NCBI GenBank assembly: GCA_021773295.1
Contig: JAJFKI010000097.1
Span: forward strand, 2,508 to 66,507
Direction: 5' to 3'
DNA length: 64,000 bases
Origin: Gammaproteobacteria bacterium
GTDB lineage: Bacteria; Pseudomonadota; Gammaproteobacteria; UBA1113
In this document: positions 60,360 to 64,000 of the stretch, in pieces
How positions within the stretch are numbered: position 1 is the stretch's first letter
Layout of the letters: each line of letters opens with the position of its first letter
Position numbers and translations under genes: made by a program
Notes under the pieces: model-generated
The model's database searches: none
The model's input: the letters and a program-made list of their open reading frames with translations, nothing else
Told to the model about the DNA's origin: nothing

Positions 60360-61838
60360 TCACAAGGCTGAGGGGACAATAGTTATTCCCGGTGTTATAG
60401 TTTCTGGCATTATCAAGCGCTCTGCTTCCAAACTTGCTACAGGATAAGCACAATAGTCTGCTGCATAAAAAGCACTGGGACGATGATTACCGCTGAAGCC
60501 TACGCCGCCGAAGGGTTGGGCACTGCTGGCGCCAGTTAATTGTTGATTCCAGTTGATGACACCTGCGTTGACATGTTGGTAAAACTGTTTGAATTCTTCG
60601 GCGTTATTACTGAATAAGCCTGCAGATAAACCATAGTTGGTGTTATTGGCTTCTATGATCGCTGCTTCAAAGTCTGCGACGCGGATAACTTGCAATAAAG
60701 GACCGAAGAATTCTGTATCATAGCGCTCCTCAACTCCCGTTACATCCATGATGCCTGGTGCTAATAAGCCTGTTTCTGGTACTAATCGTTCTAATGGTTT
60801 TAATACTTTCGCGCCACGCTTTGAAAAATCATCTTGGGCCATTATTAATTGCTGTGCGATTTTTTTAGAAATTACGGGACCCATGAAGGGTTCTGGATCT
60901 TCGGTGTAGTGTCCTACTTTTATATTTGATGTCATGTTGACTAAGGCTTGAATAAATTCATCACCCTGACCACCTTCTGGCACAATTAAGCGCCTGGCGC
61001 AAGTGCAACGCTGGCCGGCTGTGATGAATGCGGATTGAATCGTGTAATAAGCAGCTGTTTGTATATCATCAATATCTGTGACAACTAAGGGATTATTACC
61101 CCCCATTTCTAATGCCAAAATAATTTCAGGATGAGCTGCAAAATGTTTATTTAAACTCACACCTGTTTTGTAACTTCCAGTAAACAATAAACCATTAATA
61201 CTTGTGCTAGATAATAGTTTTTGGCCAATGCTGCCCGTGCCTTGTATGAGATTAATGACACCTTTTGGTAAATCAGTCGCTTGCCAACAGTGCATCACAG
61301 CTTCAGCAATGAGCGGTGTTTGTGAACTAGGTTTTAATATTACCGTGTTACCCGCCAATAATGCCGGGATAATATGTCCATTGGGTAGGTGGGCTGGAAA
61401 ATTATAAGGACCAATAACGACAAACACACCATGGGGTTTATGACGTGTTGTGGCAGTCGCTTGTCCCATTGAACTACTCACCCTCCCGCTACGAGCATGA
61501 TAAGCCTTATCTGAAATATTTGCCTTGGCTGTCATCGCTTTTATTTCAGTCGCTGCTTCCCATAATGGCTTACCGACTTCTTTTGATAAAGTCTGGGTTA
61601 ACTGGGCTTCGTTCTTTTTTAATTGTTCTGCAAATTGTTTCACCACTTGGAGGCGTTCTTCGTAAGGTCGTAACATCCATTCCTTAAATGCAGATCTAGC
61701 AGACTTAATAGCATGATTGACTTGGTCATGACTCGCTTCGTGACCGCGCCAAATAACGTCATTATTAGCGGGATCTAAAGAAGAAAATTGCGCGCCTTTG
61801 CCACGCTCCCATTCGCCATTAATCCATAAATTATCCAT
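60360..61838 (-). CDS. astD: Succinylglutamate-semialdehyde dehydrogenase
   Basis: GPYNFPAHLPNGH, LEMGGNNP, AGQRCTCARR, GNHRPSAFYAADYCAYP. Confidence 0.96.
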   Translation of the reverse strand: MDNLWINGEWERGKGAQFSSLDPANNDVIWRGHEASHDQVNHAIKSARSAFKEWMLRPYEERLQVVKQFAEQLKKNEAQLTQTLSKEVGKPLWEAATEIKAMTAKANISDKAYHARSGRVSSSMGQATATTRHKPHGVFVVIGPYNFPAHLPNGHIIPALLAGNTVILKPSSQTPLIAEAVMHCWQATDLPKGVINLIQGTGSIGQKLLSSTSINGLLFTGSYKTGVSLNKHFAAHPEIILALEMGGNNPLVVTDIDDIQTAAYYTIQSAFITAGQRCTCARRLIVPEGGQGDEFIQALVNMTSNIKVGHYTEDPEPFMGPVISKKIAQQLIMAQDDFSKRGAKVLKPLERLVPETGLLAPGIMDVTGVEERYDTEFFGPLLQVIRVADFEAAIIEANNTNYGLSAGLFSNNAEEFKQFYQHVNAGVINWNQQLTGASSAQPFGGVGFSGNHRPSAFYAADYCAYPVASLEAERLIMPETITPGITIVPSAL

Positions 61839-61839
61839 G

Positions 61840-62859
61840 TTAATTCCTTATTTTTGCTAAACGAATAAAGTCTCCCACTTCAACCATCAAGGTTTCAGCA
61901 AGTTCTGGAGATAAAATAACATTGCTATTACCTACTACACTAATGGATGCAATGCAGGCTCTAAAGGATTTATGTACATTACTAATTAAATAATAATTTT
62001 GTGGCTTAATTGTTTGAATTGAATCAATTGAAAATAACTGACTTTCTCTCACCGTATTTAATTGTTGTTTACTGGCTTCGAGGCAAGGTCCAGCATCAAA
62101 TAAATCCACATATCCCTGAAAACAAAACCCTTCTTTTTCTAACATTTTTTTCGCAGGTACGGTATTTTGATGTGCGATTCCAATCACTTCTTGAGCCGAC
62201 TTTGGTAATAACTCCGTGCAAATAGGAATGGTTGGCATTAAGTCATGCACAAATTGTTTGTTTCCTGATCCTAACATATAAACCGCTTGCGCGAAGTCCA
62301 TATCAAAAAAATGTTTGCCCACGGCTTGCCAAAAAGGTGAATAACCACTCTTATCAGAGATCCCTCGTAGCTCCGCAATAACTTTATCCGCAAAGCGGTG
62401 AGGCTCATTAGCCATATACAATAAGCGGCTCAGTGAGAGCAGCTTACCATTATGCTGACGCCGGTATTGTGGGGATAGATATAAGGTACAAAGCTCACTA
62501 TTGCCCTCATAATCATTTACCATGCTCAAAAAGGAAATTTTCTTTTTTATATTTAACTCTTCTGATTGCATGGTGTGATGTGATAGTTTATAAAAATAAT
62601 AAGGTCGGTTTAAACCGAGTACTGCATCAATGGCACTACACCCTATTATCTTATCGGTTTTAGTACACTGCATGACAAACAAATAATATTCATCGCCTGG
62701 GGTTTCAACATCTGTCTTAAAACTTTTGATGGAGCTATTAATTTTACTTTTTAAAACCGTTTCATCAGCGGGTAATGTTGTTAACCCTGAGCCTACCATT
62801 TTAGCCAAAGCATACAAGCCCTCAATATCTTCTGCCTGTATTGGTCTTATGATATTCAT
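61840..62859 (-). CDS. astA: Arginine N-succinyltransferase
   Basis: GLTTLP, SELCTLYL, LLSLSRL, IAELRG, SPFW, DLFDAGP. Confidence 0.95.
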   Translation of the reverse strand: MNIIRPIQAEDIEGLYALAKMVGSGLTTLPADETVLKSKINSSIKSFKTDVETPGDEYYLFVMQCTKTDKIIGCSAIDAVLGLNRPYYFYKLSHHTMQSEELNIKKKISFLSMVNDYEGNSELCTLYLSPQYRRQHNGKLLSLSRLLYMANEPHRFADKVIAELRGISDKSGYSPFWQAVGKHFFDMDFAQAVYMLGSGNKQFVHDLMPTIPICTELLPKSAQEVIGIAHQNTVPAKKMLEKEGFCFQGYVDLFDAGPCLEASKQQLNTVRESQLFSIDSIQTIKPQNYYLISNVHKSFRACIASISVVGNSNVILSPELAETLMVEVGDFIRLAKIRN

Positions 62860-64000
62860 TGATTTTGTCTTAACAAAAATATTGCTAACAACTTCGCTCT
62901 TTCAACTAAGCTATCAATGTAAATAAATTCTTTGTCCGTATGTATGTTTTCACCACGCACACCTAAGGAGTCGATCGTCGGCAACCCAGCTGCTGCTAAA
63001 TTGTTGCCATCGCAGCAGCCCCCTGATTTTTTCCAATGAAGATCGACACCCTGCTCTTCGCTAATTTCACGAAAGCTTTCTAGCAAGTTTAATGTTGCAT
63101 CATTTAAAGGTTTTGGTGGGCGTGTGAACTGACCATGTAAGTGAGTCACAACACCCATTGCAGTTTCTATCTCTTTTAATATTTTTTTAAACCGTTGTAT
63201 AATCCAGGCTTGATCATCTCCTTGTGCTAAGCGCACATCTAACCAGGCCACGGCTTTGTGTGGCACACGGTTAACTGCGCCGCCACCAATAATACGCCCG
63301 ACATTGACGGTGAGCTCTGGACGTTGGCCACTGAGTTGATGCAGTTGCTCCGCTACTCTCGACAAGGCAACGATGGCATTTATCCCTTTATCAAAAGCAC
63401 GACCAGCATGAGCCGCTTTGCCTTCTATGACAATGGTAAATTTACCCGATCCTTTGCGCTCTGAAGCAAGACATCCTTGTTCACCCAACCCTGGCTCGAA
63501 GATTAAACCAATATCATGATATTTTGCGGCTTGTTCTAGGAAGGGTGCCGAGGCAATTGATCCAATTTCTTCATCAGGATTAATAATGACTTCCCAGCCC
63601 ATATTATCAATGCCTTGTTGCTCTAAAATTTTAAGCGCGTGCAACACAACGATTAAACCACCCTTCATGTCCGTGACTCCAGGACCATTTAAACGCTTGT
63701 CATCTAACCACTGGCATTGTTGAAATTCATCGTCAGCGGCAAACACCGTATCCATATGACCGCAGAGTAAGATTTGTTTTGCAGCTTTAGGACGTTTGCG
63801 CCAGCGCAGTAAATCACCGACGGGTAATTCCTCAATGACACCGCAGTTATTAACGTGTTGAATGGGAGATAAGGGCGTTCGCTCAAACGTAGCTTCTAGG
63901 GGCCCAAATGCCACACTGATCACGTCTGCTATATTATCGAGGCCCTCTTTATTATATGTCCCCGAATTGATGAGTGCCCACTGCTGCAGCTGATCAATCA
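62856..64000 (-). CDS. M20-family metallohydrolase in the ast operon (5' end beyond the right edge)
   Basis: GHMDTV, GPGVTDMKGG, DEEIGS, HAG, GGCCDGN motifs. The frame stays open to the window edge (IDQLQQWALINSG). Confidence 0.88.
   Translation of the reverse strand, partial: IDQLQQWALINSGTYNKEGLDNIADVISVAFGPLEATFERTPLSPIQHVNNCGVIEELPVGDLLRWRKRPKAAKQILLCGHMDTVFAADDEFQQCQWLDDKRLNGPGVTDMKGGLIVVLHALKILEQQGIDNMGWEVIINPDEEIGSIASAPFLEQAAKYHDIGLIFEPGLGEQGCLASERKGSGKFTIVIEGKAAHAGRAFDKGINAIVALSRVAEQLHQLSGQRPELTVNVGRIIGGGAVNRVPHKAVAWLDVRLAQGDDQAWIIQRFKKILKEIETAMGVVTHLHGQFTRPPKPLNDATLNLLESFREISEEQGVDLHWKKSGGCCDGNNLAAAGLPTIDSLGVRGENIHTDKEFIYIDSLVERAKLLAIFLLRQNQ

Overview
Chromosomal window from a Gammaproteobacterium, most likely Legionellales (Coxiella/Legionella-like, host-associated). 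This placement is inferred from gene order and gene content, not from a database search. The backbone is conserved housekeeping DNA: start of the dcw cluster (mraZ-rsmH-ftsL-ftsI), rnpB, rsmI, xth/pyrE/PMM/dut/coaBC/radC, rpmBG-mutM, ggt-fdx-coaD-hutH, rpsF-rpsR-rplI-dnaB-alr, rnr-rlmB, tRNA-Leu, hfq-hflXKC-purA, a nucleoside-salvage cluster with a Pht-like MFS transporter, and part of the ast operon. Interspersed are two type II toxin-antitoxin modules, MITE and REP repeats, and several effector-like orphan genes. The best candidate for an undescribed system is the pair of large ankyrin-repeat proteins flanking rsmI. Both carry a mutually similar ~200-aa module with two RxxxxH (HEPN-like RNase) motifs next to a shared KGKGKR basic patch; the module is C-terminal in one protein and N-terminal in the other. 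Other highlights are a candidate PmrA-box-driven sRNA with its own terminator, two membrane proteins with eukaryotic sorting/prenylation-like motifs, and a 17-unit RGD/RGE tail on ribosomal protein S6.
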